Source: an uncultured cyanobacterium (GTDB lineage: Bacteria > Cyanobacteriota > Cyanobacteriia > Cyanobacteriales > Nostocaceae). From it: a stretch of DNA of 64,000 bases. Both the position numbers and the translations under genes were made by a program. The notes beneath the pieces are model-generated. The model did not search any database and was not told where the DNA came from. It was given only the letters and a program-made list of their open reading frames with translations. Position 1 is the stretch's first letter. Each line of letters begins with the position of its first letter. Below, piece after piece: positions 19,181-30,849 of this stretch. The stretch spans positions 416,001 to 480,000 of the forward strand of contig OY970166.1 in NCBI GenBank assembly GCA_963706595.1, in the 5' to 3' direction.

Positions 19181-21805
19181 TTGGTGGATTCCCGATATAA
19201 CCCAGCAGACATTGAGGAAAAATGGCAACAAACATGGGCAGAACTTGGCTTAGATAAGACACCTGCAAATAGTCACAAGCCCAAATTCTACGCTCTTTCC
19301 ATGTTCCCTTACCCATCGGGCAGCCTCCACATGGGTCACGTCCGTAATTACACAATTACCGATGTGATTGCACGCCTCAAGCGAATGCAAGGGTATAAAG
19401 TGCTGCATCCAATGGGTTGGGATGCCTTTGGTTTACCAGCAGAAAACGCCGCCATTGACCGAGGAGTTCCCCCAGCCAAGTGGACTTATCAAAATATCGC
19501 TCAAATGCGGCAGCAATTAAAACGTTTGGGTTTGGCTATCGACTGGGAAAGCGAACTTGCGACTTGTTCACCAGATTATTATAAGTGGACACAATGGATT
19601 TTCTTGCAATTCTGGCAAGCCGGATTAGCTTATCAAAAAGAAGCCGCAGTCAACTGGGACCCCATCGACCAAACTGTAATCGCCAATGAACAAGTTGATA
19701 ACGAAGGACGTTCTTGGCGCAGTGGCGCAAAAGTTGAACGCAAACTGTTACGGCAGTGGTTTTTAAAGATTACCGACTACGCCGAAGAATTACTGAATGA
19801 TTTAGATAAATTAACAGGTTGGCCGGAACGGGTCAAATTAATGCAGGCTAATTGGATTGGTAAATCCACAGGCGCTTATTTAGAATTTCCTGTAGTGGGG
19901 ATGGATGAAAAAATCGCTGTTTACACCACCCGCCCAGATACAGTATATGGTGTCAGCTATTTGGTACTAGCACCAGAACATCCTTTAACCCAAGTTGTCA
20001 CTACCCCAGAACAAAAAGCCGCCGTAGCCGCATTTATTCAAGAAGTTTCTCAGCAAAGCGAATTAGAACGTACAGCCGAAGACAAACCCAAGCGGGGTAT
20101 CCCCACCGGTGGTAAAGTTTTCAACCCCTTTACAGGGGAAGAAGTACCCATCTGGATTGCCGATTATGTACTGTATGAATATGGTACGGGTGCAGTCATG
20201 GGTGTACCTGCTCATGATGTGCGAGATTTTAAATTTGCCCGCGTTTATAATTTACCTATTGAGTTTGTGATTGCTGCGCCTGAAGATGTAGCAGATTTTG
20301 ACTTAACGCCAACATCAGAAACAGAAGAAATCACAAAACTGATTAAAATTGAATATAACGAAGCATATACAGAACCAGGAATTTTAATTAATTCTGGCTC
20401 TTTTACAGGCATGAATTCCCCAGATGCCAAAGCTGCAATTATTAAATATGCTGAAGAACAAAATTTTGGCAAACTACGAATTCAGTACCGCTTGCGCGAT
20501 TGGTTAATTTCCCGACAACGGTATTGGGGCGCACCCATCCCAGTCATTCACTGCCCAAATTGTGGCATAGTTCCAGTCCCAGATGAGGATTTGCCAGTTA
20601 AATTACCCGAAGAAGTGGAATTAACTGGACGTGGTGGTTCACCTTTGACTCAGTTAGAAAGCTGGGTAAATGTCCCTTGTCCCACTTGCGGCACTCCAGC
20701 CAAGCGAGAAACCGATACAATGGATACCTTCATTGATTCCTCGTGGTATTTCTTGCGCTATCCTGATGCACAAAATGAACAACAGGTATTTGACCCTGCT
20801 AAAACTAATGAGTGGATGCCTGTAGACCAGTATGTGGGTGGCATTGAACACGCCATTTTACATTTATTATATTCCAGATTCTTTACTAAGGTACTGCGCG
20901 ATCGCGGCTTATTAAACTTTGATGAACCCTTTCAACGCCTGTTAACTCAAGGTATGGTACAGGGTTTAACTTACATGAATCCGAATAAGGGCGGTAAAGA
21001 TAAATGGGTTCCTTCTAATTTGGTGAATGCAGCCGACCCCCGCGACCCCCAGACAGGTGAACCATTGCAACGCCTGTATGCCACCATGTCTAAGTCTAAG
21101 GGTAATGGTGTAGCACCAGAAGACGTAATTAGTAAGTATGGTGTTGATACGGCGCGGATGTTTATTTTATTCAAAGCACCCCCAGAAAAAGACCTAGAAT
21201 GGGATGAAGCCGATGTCGAAGGGCAATTTCGCTTTTTAAATCGGGTATGGCGCTTGGTGACAGATTATGCTGCGCCTGGGGTATCACGGAAGAAAGCCGA
21301 TATTGCTAATTTAAGTAAGCCAGAAAAGGAATTACGGCGAGCAATTCATACGGCTATTCAAGCTGTCACAGAAGATTTGGAAGACGACTATCAATTCAAT
21401 ACAGCCGTTTCGGAATTGATGAAGTTAAGTAATGCCCTAAGTGATGCCGACTGCAAAAATTCACCAATTTATGCTGAAGGTATTCAGACTTTAGTGATTA
21501 TGTTAGCGCCTTTTGCCCCACACATTGCTGATGAATTGTGGCAGTCATTGGGTAATACTAATTCCATCCACACTCAAACTTGGCCATCTTTTGACCCGGC
21601 GGCTTTGGTAGCTGACGAAATTACTTTGGTAATTCAAATTAACGGTAAAAAACGTGCTGATATTGAAGTTCCTGCACAAGCTGATAAAGCAGAGTTGGAG
21701 AAGTACGCCCGTGAATCGGAATTAGTTCAGCGCTACATTGAAGGGAAGGAAATTAAAAAGGTGATTGTGGTTCCTGGAAGGTTGGTGAATTTTGTAGTCG
21801 TTTAA
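19181..21805 (+). CDS. leuS: Leucine--tRNA ligase
   Basis: MFPYPSG.LHMGH (HIGH), TMSKSKGN (KMSKS), CP1 editing domain. Confidence 0.98.
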   Translation: MVDSRYNPADIEEKWQQTWAELGLDKTPANSHKPKFYALSMFPYPSGSLHMGHVRNYTITDVIARLKRMQGYKVLHPMGWDAFGLPAENAAIDRGVPPAKWTYQNIAQMRQQLKRLGLAIDWESELATCSPDYYKWTQWIFLQFWQAGLAYQKEAAVNWDPIDQTVIANEQVDNEGRSWRSGAKVERKLLRQWFLKITDYAEELLNDLDKLTGWPERVKLMQANWIGKSTGAYLEFPVVGMDEKIAVYTTRPDTVYGVSYLVLAPEHPLTQVVTTPEQKAAVAAFIQEVSQQSELERTAEDKPKRGIPTGGKVFNPFTGEEVPIWIADYVLYEYGTGAVMGVPAHDVRDFKFARVYNLPIEFVIAAPEDVADFDLTPTSETEEITKLIKIEYNEAYTEPGILINSGSFTGMNSPDAKAAIIKYAEEQNFGKLRIQYRLRDWLISRQRYWGAPIPVIHCPNCGIVPVPDEDLPVKLPEEVELTGRGGSPLTQLESWVNVPCPTCGTPAKRETDTMDTFIDSSWYFLRYPDAQNEQQVFDPAKTNEWMPVDQYVGGIEHAILHLLYSRFFTKVLRDRGLLNFDEPFQRLLTQGMVQGLTYMNPNKGGKDKWVPSNLVNAADPRDPQTGEPLQRLYATMSKSKGNGVAPEDVISKYGVDTARMFILFKAPPEKDLEWDEADVEGQFRFLNRVWRLVTDYAAPGVSRKKADIANLSKPEKELRRAIHTAIQAVTEDLEDDYQFNTAVSELMKLSNALSDADCKNSPIYAEGIQTLVIMLAPFAPHIADELWQSLGNTNSIHTQTWPSFDPAALVADEITLVIQINGKKRADIEVPAQADKAELEKYARESELVQRYIEGKEIKKVIVVPGRLVNFVVV

Positions 21806-21947
21806 ACAGAATAGGGATTTAATAAAAGAACCTCACCCCCAACCCCTCTCCTTAGCAAGGAGAGGGGAGATTAAGTGAAAATAAATCAAATAAAACAATT
21901 CAACATCCTAATTTATTGGCGTTTATTGGCGGTTAATTATTCTGACC

Positions 21948-22102
21948 TACAGCAGTTTTTATGTATTTGAACCACAATTATTAGACCTAACCCCCAGCCC
22001 CTTCCCTACAAGGGAAGGGGGGTCAATCAAAGCCTCTCTCCTTGCAGGAGAGAGGTTTGGAGAGAGGTCGGTTTGTGGTCTATTTACCTGAAAATAGCTG
22101 TA
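21948..22102. mobile_element. MITE (TACAGC..GCTGTA family)
   Basis: Ends TACAGCAGTTTTTATGTA / TACCTGAAAATAGCTGTA. Near-identical ends at 39262-39355. Confidence 0.7.
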
Positions 22103-22127
22103 AACGAAGGAAATATAAATTTTAAGC

Positions 22128-23129
22128 ATGAAGGTTCCAGAAGATAAGGCACGAAAGATAGCAAGTAAAGAGCATAATAGTTATCTTTCTGAAATAATTG
22201 CACCGCACAAAGCTACCCAGTCGGCTCCATCTTCACTATTACAAACTTTTTCGGAAGATTTAAAATATAATCTCTCTGTTAAACAAAAAGTTTTAGAAAC
22301 AGAATTATTTAAAGTTTTAGGTAATCCATTTTATGCTGACAATGGATTTATTCTTTATCACGGTGATTCAACGGATTTTTTACATAAACTAAGTTCAACA
22401 AATATAAATATTGATTTAACTGTTACGTCTCCGCCCTATAACATTGGCAAAGAATATGAAGCACGAATTTCTGTAGATGAGTATGTTGAAAGTTGTTCAC
22501 AATGGATGTCTCAAATTTATAAAATTACCAAACCTGATGGGGCATTTTGGTTAAATGTGGGGCATTTTGAAGTTCCCGACAAAGGTTTATGTGTACCTAT
22601 ACCTTATTTATTATGGGATAAGTCACTGTTCTATTTACTCCAAGAGGTGGTTTGGCAATATGGCGCTGGTGTTTCCACAAAATATCGTCTCAGTCCACGT
22701 AATGAAAAATGGCTTTTTTATATTAAGAACTCTCAGAAGTATACTTTCAATTTAGATGAAATTCGTGACCCAAATGTGAAATATCCTAATCAGAAAAAAA
22801 AAGGTAAATTTAGATGTAATCCTCTGGGTAAAAATCCCTCTGATGTTTGGGAGTTTCCTAAAATAACTACGGGTGAAAAACGCAGTTCTAAGGAGCGCAC
22901 TGGACATCCGGCACAGTTTCCTTTAGGTATTGTGGAAAGAGTTGTCAAAGCTTCTTCAAATCAACTGGAAGTGGTGCTTGACCCTTTTGCTGGTTCTGGT
23001 TCTACTGGGATTGCAGCAGCAGGTTTAGGACGGATATTTTTAGGTTTTGAAATTAAGTCTGATTACTGCAAAATGGCGGTGGATAGATTTAAGGCTTTTC
23101 AGGTTGAAAGGGAGAGTTTTTCTGAATAG
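22128..23129 (+). CDS. Orphan beta-class amino DNA methyltransferase (probably m4C)
   Basis: TSPPYN precedes HPAQFP and LDPFAGSG (beta motif order). No adjacent endonuclease gene. Confidence 0.9.
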   Translation: MKVPEDKARKIASKEHNSYLSEIIAPHKATQSAPSSLLQTFSEDLKYNLSVKQKVLETELFKVLGNPFYADNGFILYHGDSTDFLHKLSSTNINIDLTVTSPPYNIGKEYEARISVDEYVESCSQWMSQIYKITKPDGAFWLNVGHFEVPDKGLCVPIPYLLWDKSLFYLLQEVVWQYGAGVSTKYRLSPRNEKWLFYIKNSQKYTFNLDEIRDPNVKYPNQKKKGKFRCNPLGKNPSDVWEFPKITTGEKRSSKERTGHPAQFPLGIVERVVKASSNQLEVVLDPFAGSGSTGIAAAGLGRIFLGFEIKSDYCKMAVDRFKAFQVERESFSE

Positions 23130-23264
23130 AAATAACTATAAAGATATGAATTTGTATCACTCAGAGGCGCAGAGGCGCAGAGAGGAGGAATTAGAGAAAT
23201 GTAATTTTAATTTTTTTATACTTATAACATGATTATGACAAGTTTTAACTTAATTTTACAATTT

Positions 23265-23858
23265 TTATTCATCTATTTCGTTTTCGGTGGTTTCGGGTTC
23301 AAACTGCACTTGTCGGTACAAATGAGCGATCGCTATTTCTACATCTACTGATTCTAGTCGCAATCTATCGTTTAAATTATACTCTGATAGTACCCATTGC
23401 CCCTGTTGGTTGCGCCGAAATACTTCTACTAATGGTGGCGCTACTTGGACTAAGACATATTCTTCTAAGGTGGGCGATTGGCGATATTTGGCAAACTTCT
23501 TTCCCCTATCGGCTGCTTCGGTGGAAGGTGATAGCACTTCGATGATTAAGCAGGGAAATTGTATCAATTGTGGATCGCGATCGCGCTGATCGCAAGTCAC
23601 CACCACATCGGGATAAAAATACTTCTGCCCTGGTTCTACCTGCACCTTCACATCTACAATGTAGACTTCACAGGAACGCTCTGCTAAGGCATCATCTAGA
23701 AGCTTTGAGAAATTAAGAGAAACCCGATTATGGTTGCGTGTACCACCACTCATGGCCACAACTTCGCCATCCCAATACTCGTAGCGTTGCTCTTGGGTGG
23801 GTTCCCACAGCAGATATTCTTCTGCGCTCATTGAAATATAATCGGGTAAAGCAACCAT
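23265..23858 (-). CDS. Uma2 family endonuclease
   Basis: RYEYWDGEVVAM, YPDVVV, IEVLSPST...DRGKKF..Y. Confidence 0.92.
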   Translation of the reverse strand: MVALPDYISMSAEEYLLWEPTQEQRYEYWDGEVVAMSGGTRNHNRVSLNFSKLLDDALAERSCEVYIVDVKVQVEPGQKYFYPDVVVTCDQRDRDPQLIQFPCLIIEVLSPSTEAADRGKKFAKYRQSPTLEEYVLVQVAPPLVEVFRRNQQGQWVLSEYNLNDRLRLESVDVEIAIAHLYRQVQFEPETTENEIDE

Positions 23859-24221
23859 CGGCGTGATTGGGGAATGATTTACTTTTCTAGGATAGCGAAA
23901 ACGGGGCAGTATCTACGGTAAGCTACGCTAACACAACACAAGTCTTTCGTGAAATGGTTGATCGGATAAATTATGTTTAAGGTTTTGTTACTAAAAATAC
24001 TCCCATAGCAATCATTACACAGCCAGCAGCAATAGTTTCTACTAAAAACTAAAAATGGGTAGTTATAGAATACACACCCACTTTTTTCAAAACTTTTGTA
24101 AATTAAAGTCTAGTGTACTCCAGCAATTGCAGTTACACCTGCTACACCGCTAACTCCACCAAGTGTAGCTCCGATAGCAGGACACATTGGAGCCAAATAA
24201 GCTTATCTTAGCTGAGTGTGA

Positions 24222-24431
24222 CTACTCCAAATTTTTCTCCGTCAACCCAGCATCCTTCAAGATGCTTTTTAAAGTCCCTTTCGGCAAATCACGATTACTA
24301 TGAACTGGAATAGAAAGGATGACCTCAACACCCGTTTTTGCATAAATGTGATGGCTGCCAGTAATTCGTTTTACCTCCCAGCCATGTCTTTCCACAATCT
24401 TGCAAAGTTCCTTACCAGAAACAGCTTTCAT
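24222..24431 (-). CDS. hicA: HicA family toxin (mRNase)
   Basis: GW..KRITGSHHIY...IPVH...GTLKSILKDAG. Confidence 0.92.
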   Translation of the reverse strand: MKAVSGKELCKIVERHGWEVKRITGSHHIYAKTGVEVILSIPVHSNRDLPKGTLKSILKDAGLTEKNLE

Positions 24432-24628
24432 AGAGATAGCTCAACCAATTGTTTTTCTGGTTCACTCGTCTCTCGCTCACTGGCAACATCCAACCAACCT
24501 TGAACAGCATCTTGCAGCATTTCCAATAGATGTTCGTAGCTGTCTCCCCAAGTGTGACAACCTGGTAAAGCAGGCACAGAACCACACCAAACACCATCTT
24601 CCTGCCAAATCAAAGCTTTGATTTTCAT
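24428..24628 (-). CDS. hicB: HicB family antitoxin (short, no DNA-binding domain)
   Basis: VPALPGCHTWGDS.E; stop overlaps the hicA start (ATGA). Confidence 0.9.
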   Translation of the reverse strand: MKIKALIWQEDGVWCGSVPALPGCHTWGDSYEHLLEMLQDAVQGWLDVASERETSEPEKQLVELSL

Positions 24629-24696
24629 AACTGATGCTCAAAATATTGTCATGTCTACATTTTAATAGATTTGACAGGTTTACAATATTGAAAACA

Positions 24697-26694
24697 CTAA
24701 CGTCCTAGCATTTTATCTCGCAGATGCTTGATGCGATCGCGCAATTTTCCCGCCTCTTCAAATTCTAATTTCTTCGCTGCATCTTTCATCTGTGCTTCTA
24801 ACTTGCCAATCAACCCTGGAATTTCTTCTAAAGGCAGTTCATCTATATGTTCATCAACCACTTTTAAATCAGTTGCATTTAATCGCCGAGAAACATCTAA
24901 AAAAGATAAAATGGCATTACTTGATCTTTTAATAATCGGTTGTGGTGTAATCCCATGCGTCCGGTTATATGCCATCTGAATGCCCCGCCTTCGATCGGTT
25001 TCATCAATGGCTCTAATCATGCTGCCTGTCATATTATCAGCATACATAATTGCTTGTCCCCGGATGTGCCGCGCAGCTCTCCCAATAGTTTGAATTAAAG
25101 AACGCTCGGCGCGTAAAAAGCCTTCTTTATCTGCATCCATAATTACGACTAAGGAAACCTCCGGTAAATCTAAGCCTTCCCGTAACAAGTTCACACCCAC
25201 CAAAACATCAAATTTACCCGCACGTAAATCTTGCAAAATCTCAATGCGCTCAATGGAATTAATCTCTGAATGCAAATAACGGACTTTTATACTATGGTCT
25301 TGCAGATACTCAGTCAAATCTTCCGCCATGCGCTTGGTTAATGTGGTAATTAACACTCGTTCTTGACGGTCAACTCTATCTTTAATTTCCCCTAATAAAT
25401 CATCAATTTGTCCTTCTGTGGGACGCACGGAAATTTCTGGATCAATTACTCCAGTTGGTCGAATTATTTGGTCAGCAATATGACCTTCAGATATTTCTAA
25501 TTCCCAATTTCCTGGTGTGGCGGAAACAAAAATGCACTGATTTACTTTTTGCCAAAATTCTTCTGCTTGTAACGGTCTGTTATCAGCAGCACTGGGAAGG
25601 CGAAATCCATGCTCAATTAAAACTCTTTTTCTGGCTTGGTCGCCGTTATACATCCCGCGAATTTGGGGTACGGTAACGTGAGATTCATCGATAACTAACA
25701 GCCAATCTTTGGGGAAATAATCAATTAAACACTCTGGTGGTGCGCCGGCTTGTCTTCCTGCTAAGTGGCGAGAATAGTTCTCTACACCGTTACAGAAACC
25801 AACTTCGCGCAACATTTCCAAGTCATAACGTGTGCGTTGGTCGATGCGTTGTGCTTCTAATAATTTCCCCGCTTGTTCTAGTTGTGCTTGTTGTTGCTTT
25901 AATTCGGCGGCAATTTCATCACAAGCTATCTCTAAGCGTTCCTGTGGGGTGACAAAGTGACGCGCTGGGTAAACGTTGACAGCTTCTAAACTGCGGATAA
26001 TTTCCCCTGTCACCGGGTCAATATAGCGAATCGCGTCTATTTCATCGCCAAAGAATTCTACACGGATAATTCGGTCTTCGTAGGCAGGACCAATTTCTAA
26101 AACATCACCCCGGACGCGAAAACGTCCCCGACCCATTTCTATGTCGTTGCGGCTATACTGCACTGATGCCAAATCTCGTAAAATTTGGCGCTGGTTGACT
26201 TCCATCCCGATTTGGAAAGGAATGGCGGCTTTGAGATATTCTGAGGGAATCCCCAAACCGTAGATGCAGCTAATGGAAGCAACTACAATTACGTCACGGC
26301 GTTCAAAGAGCGATCGCGTCGCTGAATGCCGTAACATATCTATTTCATCATTAATCGAAGATGTTTTTTCAATATAAGTATCGCTCACCGGAATATAGGC
26401 TTCTGGCTGATAGTAATCGTAATAGCTGACAAAATACTCAACGGCGTTATGAGGGAAGAATTCCCGTAATTCATTACACAGTTGTGCCGCCAAAGTTTTA
26501 TTATGGGCTAGTACCAAAGTCGGTCTACCCACTTTTTCAATGACTGCGGCGATGGAAAATGTTTTACCGGTTCCCGTCGCGCCGAGTAAAGTTTGGTAAC
26601 GATTGCCAGATTGGATACTGCTGGTTAGCTGTGCGATCGCCTGTGGTTGGTCGCCTGTGGGAATAAAGGGAGCTTGAAGACAAAATCCTGTCAT
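24697..26694 (-). CDS. uvrB: Excinuclease ABC subunit B
   Basis: [23 protein letters not shown]-terminal UVR motif. Confidence 0.98.
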   Translation of the reverse strand: MTGFCLQAPFIPTGDQPQAIAQLTSSIQSGNRYQTLLGATGTGKTFSIAAVIEKVGRPTLVLAHNKTLAAQLCNELREFFPHNAVEYFVSYYDYYQPEAYIPVSDTYIEKTSSINDEIDMLRHSATRSLFERRDVIVVASISCIYGLGIPSEYLKAAIPFQIGMEVNQRQILRDLASVQYSRNDIEMGRGRFRVRGDVLEIGPAYEDRIIRVEFFGDEIDAIRYIDPVTGEIIRSLEAVNVYPARHFVTPQERLEIACDEIAAELKQQQAQLEQAGKLLEAQRIDQRTRYDLEMLREVGFCNGVENYSRHLAGRQAGAPPECLIDYFPKDWLLVIDESHVTVPQIRGMYNGDQARKRVLIEHGFRLPSAADNRPLQAEEFWQKVNQCIFVSATPGNWELEISEGHIADQIIRPTGVIDPEISVRPTEGQIDDLLGEIKDRVDRQERVLITTLTKRMAEDLTEYLQDHSIKVRYLHSEINSIERIEILQDLRAGKFDVLVGVNLLREGLDLPEVSLVVIMDADKEGFLRAERSLIQTIGRAARHIRGQAIMYADNMTGSMIRAIDETDRRRGIQMAYNRTHGITPQPIIKRSSNAILSFLDVSRRLNATDLKVVDEHIDELPLEEIPGLIGKLEAQMKDAAKKLEFEEAGKLRDRIKHLRDKMLGR

Positions 26695-26954
26695 ACAGTT
26701 GTTTTCAATCTGTTGAAAATACCATATCTCATGGTAACGATACTGTTGCGCCCCTGCTGAAGTTAGGTAATCAAACTAATAAATAGCAATATTATTTTAC
26801 AAAATTTTACAATTTAAATTTACTTATGTATCAGTTTTAAATATACTTATATATTTACAAGCTTTTTTCAGGTTACACTCTTGATGCATGGAAAAAAAAT
26901 TAATTTTTCCTTCATTATTGTAAAATTCAGTTAATAAACCAGAGGTATCGGTTT

Positions 26955-27422
26955 ATGAGTATCAGCAGTACTGGCAAAGAAATCGATCCTCAACAACAGG
27001 ATACCAAGCTAAAGGGAGAAAATACAGTGGAAGTTGAAAATAAGCAGGATAATAGTTTGAATCCAGATAAAACCGAAAAAAGCTCTGATCTCCCAGTGAA
27101 GAAAGACGAAGGGAAGCTAGCCGTTGCAGGAGTTCGTCCCATAGGTAGCAGTGGTCTGCAAATTGCTGGGACAGTTCAAATTTCTGGAATCCGCCCTATT
27201 GGTGTCAGTACTTTGGTAGTAGCGGATACAGTTAATATTATGGGAATTCGCCCCATTGGCGGTCATACATTTGACATTGTTGACACGATGAACTTATCTG
27301 GTATTCGTCCCATTGGTTCGAGTACACTAGCAATTTCTGATAGCTATTCCTCCTTCGGGAACCGTCCCACAGCACCCAATGATGTTGATGAGTCGGAAGT
27401 TCTGATGGGTTTTCTCGATTAG
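26955..27422 (+). CDS. Hypothetical protein with five ~20-aa G(I/V)RPIG repeats
   Basis: Repeats GVRPIG, GIRPIG x3 and GNRPTA. RBS AGAGG upstream, terminator downstream. Confidence 0.8.
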   Translation: MSISSTGKEIDPQQQDTKLKGENTVEVENKQDNSLNPDKTEKSSDLPVKKDEGKLAVAGVRPIGSSGLQIAGTVQISGIRPIGVSTLVVADTVNIMGIRPIGGHTFDIVDTMNLSGIRPIGSSTLAISDSYSSFGNRPTAPNDVDESEVLMGFLD

Positions 27423-27448
27423 TCTCTCAAAATACTATAGCTACCATT

Positions 27449-27478
27449 ACCCGGTTTGATAACATGACCGGGTTTTTT
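27449..27478 (+). terminator. Intrinsic terminator
   Basis: ACCCGGT-N11-ACCGGGT followed by a T run. Confidence 0.75.
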
Positions 27479-27535
27479 AATCAAATAAAATATGCAACTT
27501 ACTTTTGTAATCATCCTTTTTATATAGATAACTAA

Positions 27536-27579
27536 TGTACCCTATGGCGGAAGATAGTCATGCAAAATTTAACTACAGT
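27536..27579 (+). promoter_or_regulatory. Promoter with the array-type motif upstream of csbD
   Basis: GTACCCTATGGCGGAAGA-N19-TACAGT. Confidence 0.55.
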
Positions 27580-27656
27580 ATAAAGGTAAGAAAAAACAGT
27601 TTTTCAAGCTAAATCATAGTTGAAAAGCTAGTTGTTGATCTAATTAGGAGTGCAAC

Positions 27657-27839
27657 ATGAGCATAGAAGATCGCGCTAAAGCTACTGGCAAAAATATTGA
27701 AGGGAAAGCTCAAGAAGCACTGGGCAATGTTACTGGAGATCCAGAAGATAAAGCCAAAGGTAAAGCCAAACAAGCCGAAAGTCAAGTGCGTCACGGAATA
27801 GAAGACGCGAAAGATAATGTCAAAGAAAAACTAAATTAG
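27657..27839 (+). CDS. csbD: CsbD family stress protein
   Basis: EGKAQEALGNVTGD...GKAKQAE, RBS AGGAG. Confidence 0.92.
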   Translation: MSIEDRAKATGKNIEGKAQEALGNVTGDPEDKAKGKAKQAESQVRHGIEDAKDNVKEKLN

Positions 27840-28149
27840 ATATTGTATCTTTTGGCAAATATCTAGCGATATTACCGGGTTAAATCTGATTCTGCCAAGA
27901 TGAAAATAGTGGAAAAATCTTGGCTAAATCATTTTTCTTGGTGATTAAAGAGAATTTAGAAGTTATTAATCGTTACCTTGCTTTTTTACTGGCGCAGAGA
28001 ATGTAGTAGTAACGAGTTTTTTGTAATTCAGCGACAAAATATTTTTTATAGTTATATCTACACCAAACCCCGTTAATCAATTAAGTTTTTTTTGGTTCGT
28101 TGGAATCAAATTGCATAGTTGCTAATTATTTTACTATGAGAGGTAAGAA

Positions 28150-28587
28150 ATGAATCTGCTTGAGCAAGGTCGTAAAATTGCTACGGCTTTCATATTAGTT
28201 TTAGTGTTAACAATCACTACTGCTTGTGGTGGTGGGACTATAACCGAAGTTGACCGCACAGCTACCCCACCCATTGGCCGTGATGTCACTTATGCACAGC
28301 TAGAGCGAGGTAATACCCCATCCGGGCAAAATTTTGGTGACTGGGTTGTAGAAACATCTGGCGGATTAATTAAGGATGCTTATGTCCGCGATAACAATAA
28401 GCTAGGTGTGGTCATTTCTCCTGAAGTTAGCCCTAAAGAGGTGCGACCTCTAGCAAAATCTTTAGTTCAAGGTTTTGAAAAAAACTTTCCAGGGCAGAAT
28501 TTAAGTGTTTTGGTATATAGTCCAGACAAAAAGTTAATTTTAACTACTCAGTATGACAGGGCGACTAATCAAATTCAGTATAGCTAA
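28150..28587 (+). CDS. Hypothetical lipoprotein
   Basis: Signal peptide ending TTAC (lipobox-like), RBS GAGG. Confidence 0.75.
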   Translation: MNLLEQGRKIATAFILVLVLTITTACGGGTITEVDRTATPPIGRDVTYAQLERGNTPSGQNFGDWVVETSGGLIKDAYVRDNNKLGVVISPEVSPKEVRPLAKSLVQGFEKNFPGQNLSVLVYSPDKKLILTTQYDRATNQIQYS

Positions 28588-28639
28588 TTTGATTCGGACT
28601 CAATCTTTCAGGTGATGGAAAAAAAAGGAGTTAAGTAAA

Positions 28640-29143
28640 GTGACAAGTAGTGAAGAGTACAGACGACAAGTTATGCAAGACTTGTCTGGGGGGAATGTAG
28701 AATCTCTTGATGATGCTTCCTATGACAACTTTGATGATTTTGCTCAGAGAACAACACCTGATCAACGTCGTCAGTTATTTGGTAAGTCTGCAAGTCCTGA
28801 ACGGATACCTGCTAGCCAAATGGAGCCAGAATTACAAAAAGCGATCGCGCAAATCAAACCCAATGAACGGGATGATGTCGCCAAGGCTTTTTTCAAAGAA
28901 TTTAAATCTAGAAATTTAGACGACAAACGCTTAGAACAACAATTAAATCTTTCCACTCGCAACCCTAACCGCATGACTGCTGATGATGTGAGTAAACTTG
29001 CATCTTTTGCTTATCACAATCACCCTGATATTTTCCGGGATGTACTGGCGGAACAACCAGCAATTATGAAGTTTCTCAGCAATCCCATTGTCGCCGGCTT
29101 GATTGGAGTTGCAGCAGCGAAGTGGTTCGGTAGTCGCAAGTAA
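28640..29143 (+). CDS. Hypothetical protein with C-terminal membrane anchor
   Basis: GTG start with RBS AAGGAG; 167 aa. Confidence 0.75.
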   Translation: MTSSEEYRRQVMQDLSGGNVESLDDASYDNFDDFAQRTTPDQRRQLFGKSASPERIPASQMEPELQKAIAQIKPNERDDVAKAFFKEFKSRNLDDKRLEQQLNLSTRNPNRMTADDVSKLASFAYHNHPDIFRDVLAEQPAIMKFLSNPIVAGLIGVAAAKWFGSRK

Positions 29144-29327
29144 GTGGGAAAGGTGGGTTACGCTGCGCTTTAGCAGAGCCAACCCCCCACACCCTTGTTT
29201 TTGACAATACCGATAGAGTTGTGCTGATTCCAATGATAGAAACTGGTTATCCTGCAATCTAGTTGAATCTGATATTCTGGAATTATTAAGCAATTCTTCA
29301 CACTTCTCAGAATTAAGGAGTTAAATC

Positions 29328-29627
29328 ATGAAATTAACTGCCACAAGATTCCTATTTGTCGGTGTTGTCATTTTGGCATCTGTACCAGCAATTGCTCAAA
29401 ATCAAGGTAACTCCTTTTCTGGTAGAGTTCAGCGAGTTTGGGAAGATGGATTTCGCTTAAACACCAGTGGTCGTTCCATCACAGTTGATACTTATGATAT
29501 CTGTGGAGATAATACTACCCAGTCCATATCGGCTGGTGATCAAGTAACCGTGACCGGCGAATTTGAGGTAGGCGAATTTGATGCCTTCTCTGTTACTAAA
29601 GCTAATGGTAAAAGTGTTTGCCAGTAG
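29328..29627 (+). CDS. Small secreted OB-fold-like protein
   Basis: Signal peptide, SG.V.RV..DGF.L and GD.VTVTGEF pattern, RBS AAGGAG. Confidence 0.7.
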   Translation: MKLTATRFLFVGVVILASVPAIAQNQGNSFSGRVQRVWEDGFRLNTSGRSITVDTYDICGDNTTQSISAGDQVTVTGEFEVGEFDAFSVTKANGKSVCQ

Positions 29628-29962
29628 TTCAAATTACAATTTATGTTAGCCTTACACACCTGTTTTAGCTTAACGGGTGACAACATAGCTAGACAGCTTG
29701 TTGAATAATAGATTTTTGAGAAAATTGAGATAAATCAATGTTTTCTTCTTTTCTCTAATGCGCTACTTTAAGCTTGCTACACTACTACTGCACTGACAAG
29801 CCTAAAACAGTGCATAAGCATAAATATTGTGGGGTGGGCTTCTAGCCCGCCCAGAACAGGCAAGATGCCTATTCCACAAGAGAAACATTTTGGATAAAAT
29901 AATAGAACCTCCCGAATTTAATTGGGGAGGTTTTCAAGGTACTTATTTAGATGGCGAAACAA

Positions 29963-30671
29963 TTAAACCTTTGCCAATTCTGGTGCAGGACGCTTACTGT
30001 TACGAATAGATGAAACAGCTTCAGCGTAATCTGGGGCTTTAAATACAGCCTGAACCAGCCACAATCGCATTAGCGCCCGCTTCCAAAACCTGCCAAGTAT
30101 TATTAGCCTTCAGTCCCCCATCCACTTCAATCCAGGGGTCTAAACCGCGTTCATCACACATTTGGCGCAATTGACGAATTTTTGGCAACACACCGGGGAT
30201 AAAGCTTTGACCGCCAAAACCGGGGTTAACGCTCATAATCAGGATTAAATCGCACAATTCTAAAACGTGTTCAATTAGGACTAAAGGAGTACCAGGGTTA
30301 AGCACAACGCCAGCTTGCTTCCCTAGTTCCTTGATTTGTCCCAATGTCCGGTGCAGGTGGGGTGAAGCGTTATGCTCGCAATGTACAGAGATAATATCAG
30401 CACCCGCCTTGGCAAAATCTTCTACATACTTTTCTGGTTCCACAATCATTAAGTGGACATCCAGTAGTTTGGTTGTCACTGGGCGAATCGCCTCCACAAC
30501 CAGAGGACCGATTGTAATGTTAGGTACGAAGCGGCCATCCATTACATCAACATGAATCCAATCTGCTCCTGCGGTATCTACAGCCCGAATCTCGTCGCCT
30601 AGACGACTAAAATCGGCTGATAAGATAGATGGAGAGATCACAATGGGCTTTTGAGATGGTTTTTGGGTCAT
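29963..30671 (-). CDS. rpe: Ribulose-phosphate 3-epimerase (one extra base at 30049-30050)
   Basis: [31 protein letters not shown]. Removing one base restores [30 protein letters not shown] ending at 29963. Confidence 0.95.
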
Positions 30672-30849
30672 GGTTAGTGGGTTTTAAAGCGTTCTCGTCT
30701 GTAAGCATTGTAACAAAATATTGACCAAATGCTGATAACTTTGATCCCGTCCTGTTTAGGCTGCAAGAGAAATACTCCTGAACAGAGAAGCAAAAAAAAT
30801 TATCTTGATAAACAATAAGTAATAACAACTAATTACTACAAACTCAACA

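Noticed and set aside
23995..24205. Gly/Ala-rich minus-strand reading (MCPAIGATLGGVSGVAGVTAIAGVH*) resembling a bacteriocin or glycine zipper
   Set aside because: Very short, no RBS or processing genes; probably a decayed gene fragment.
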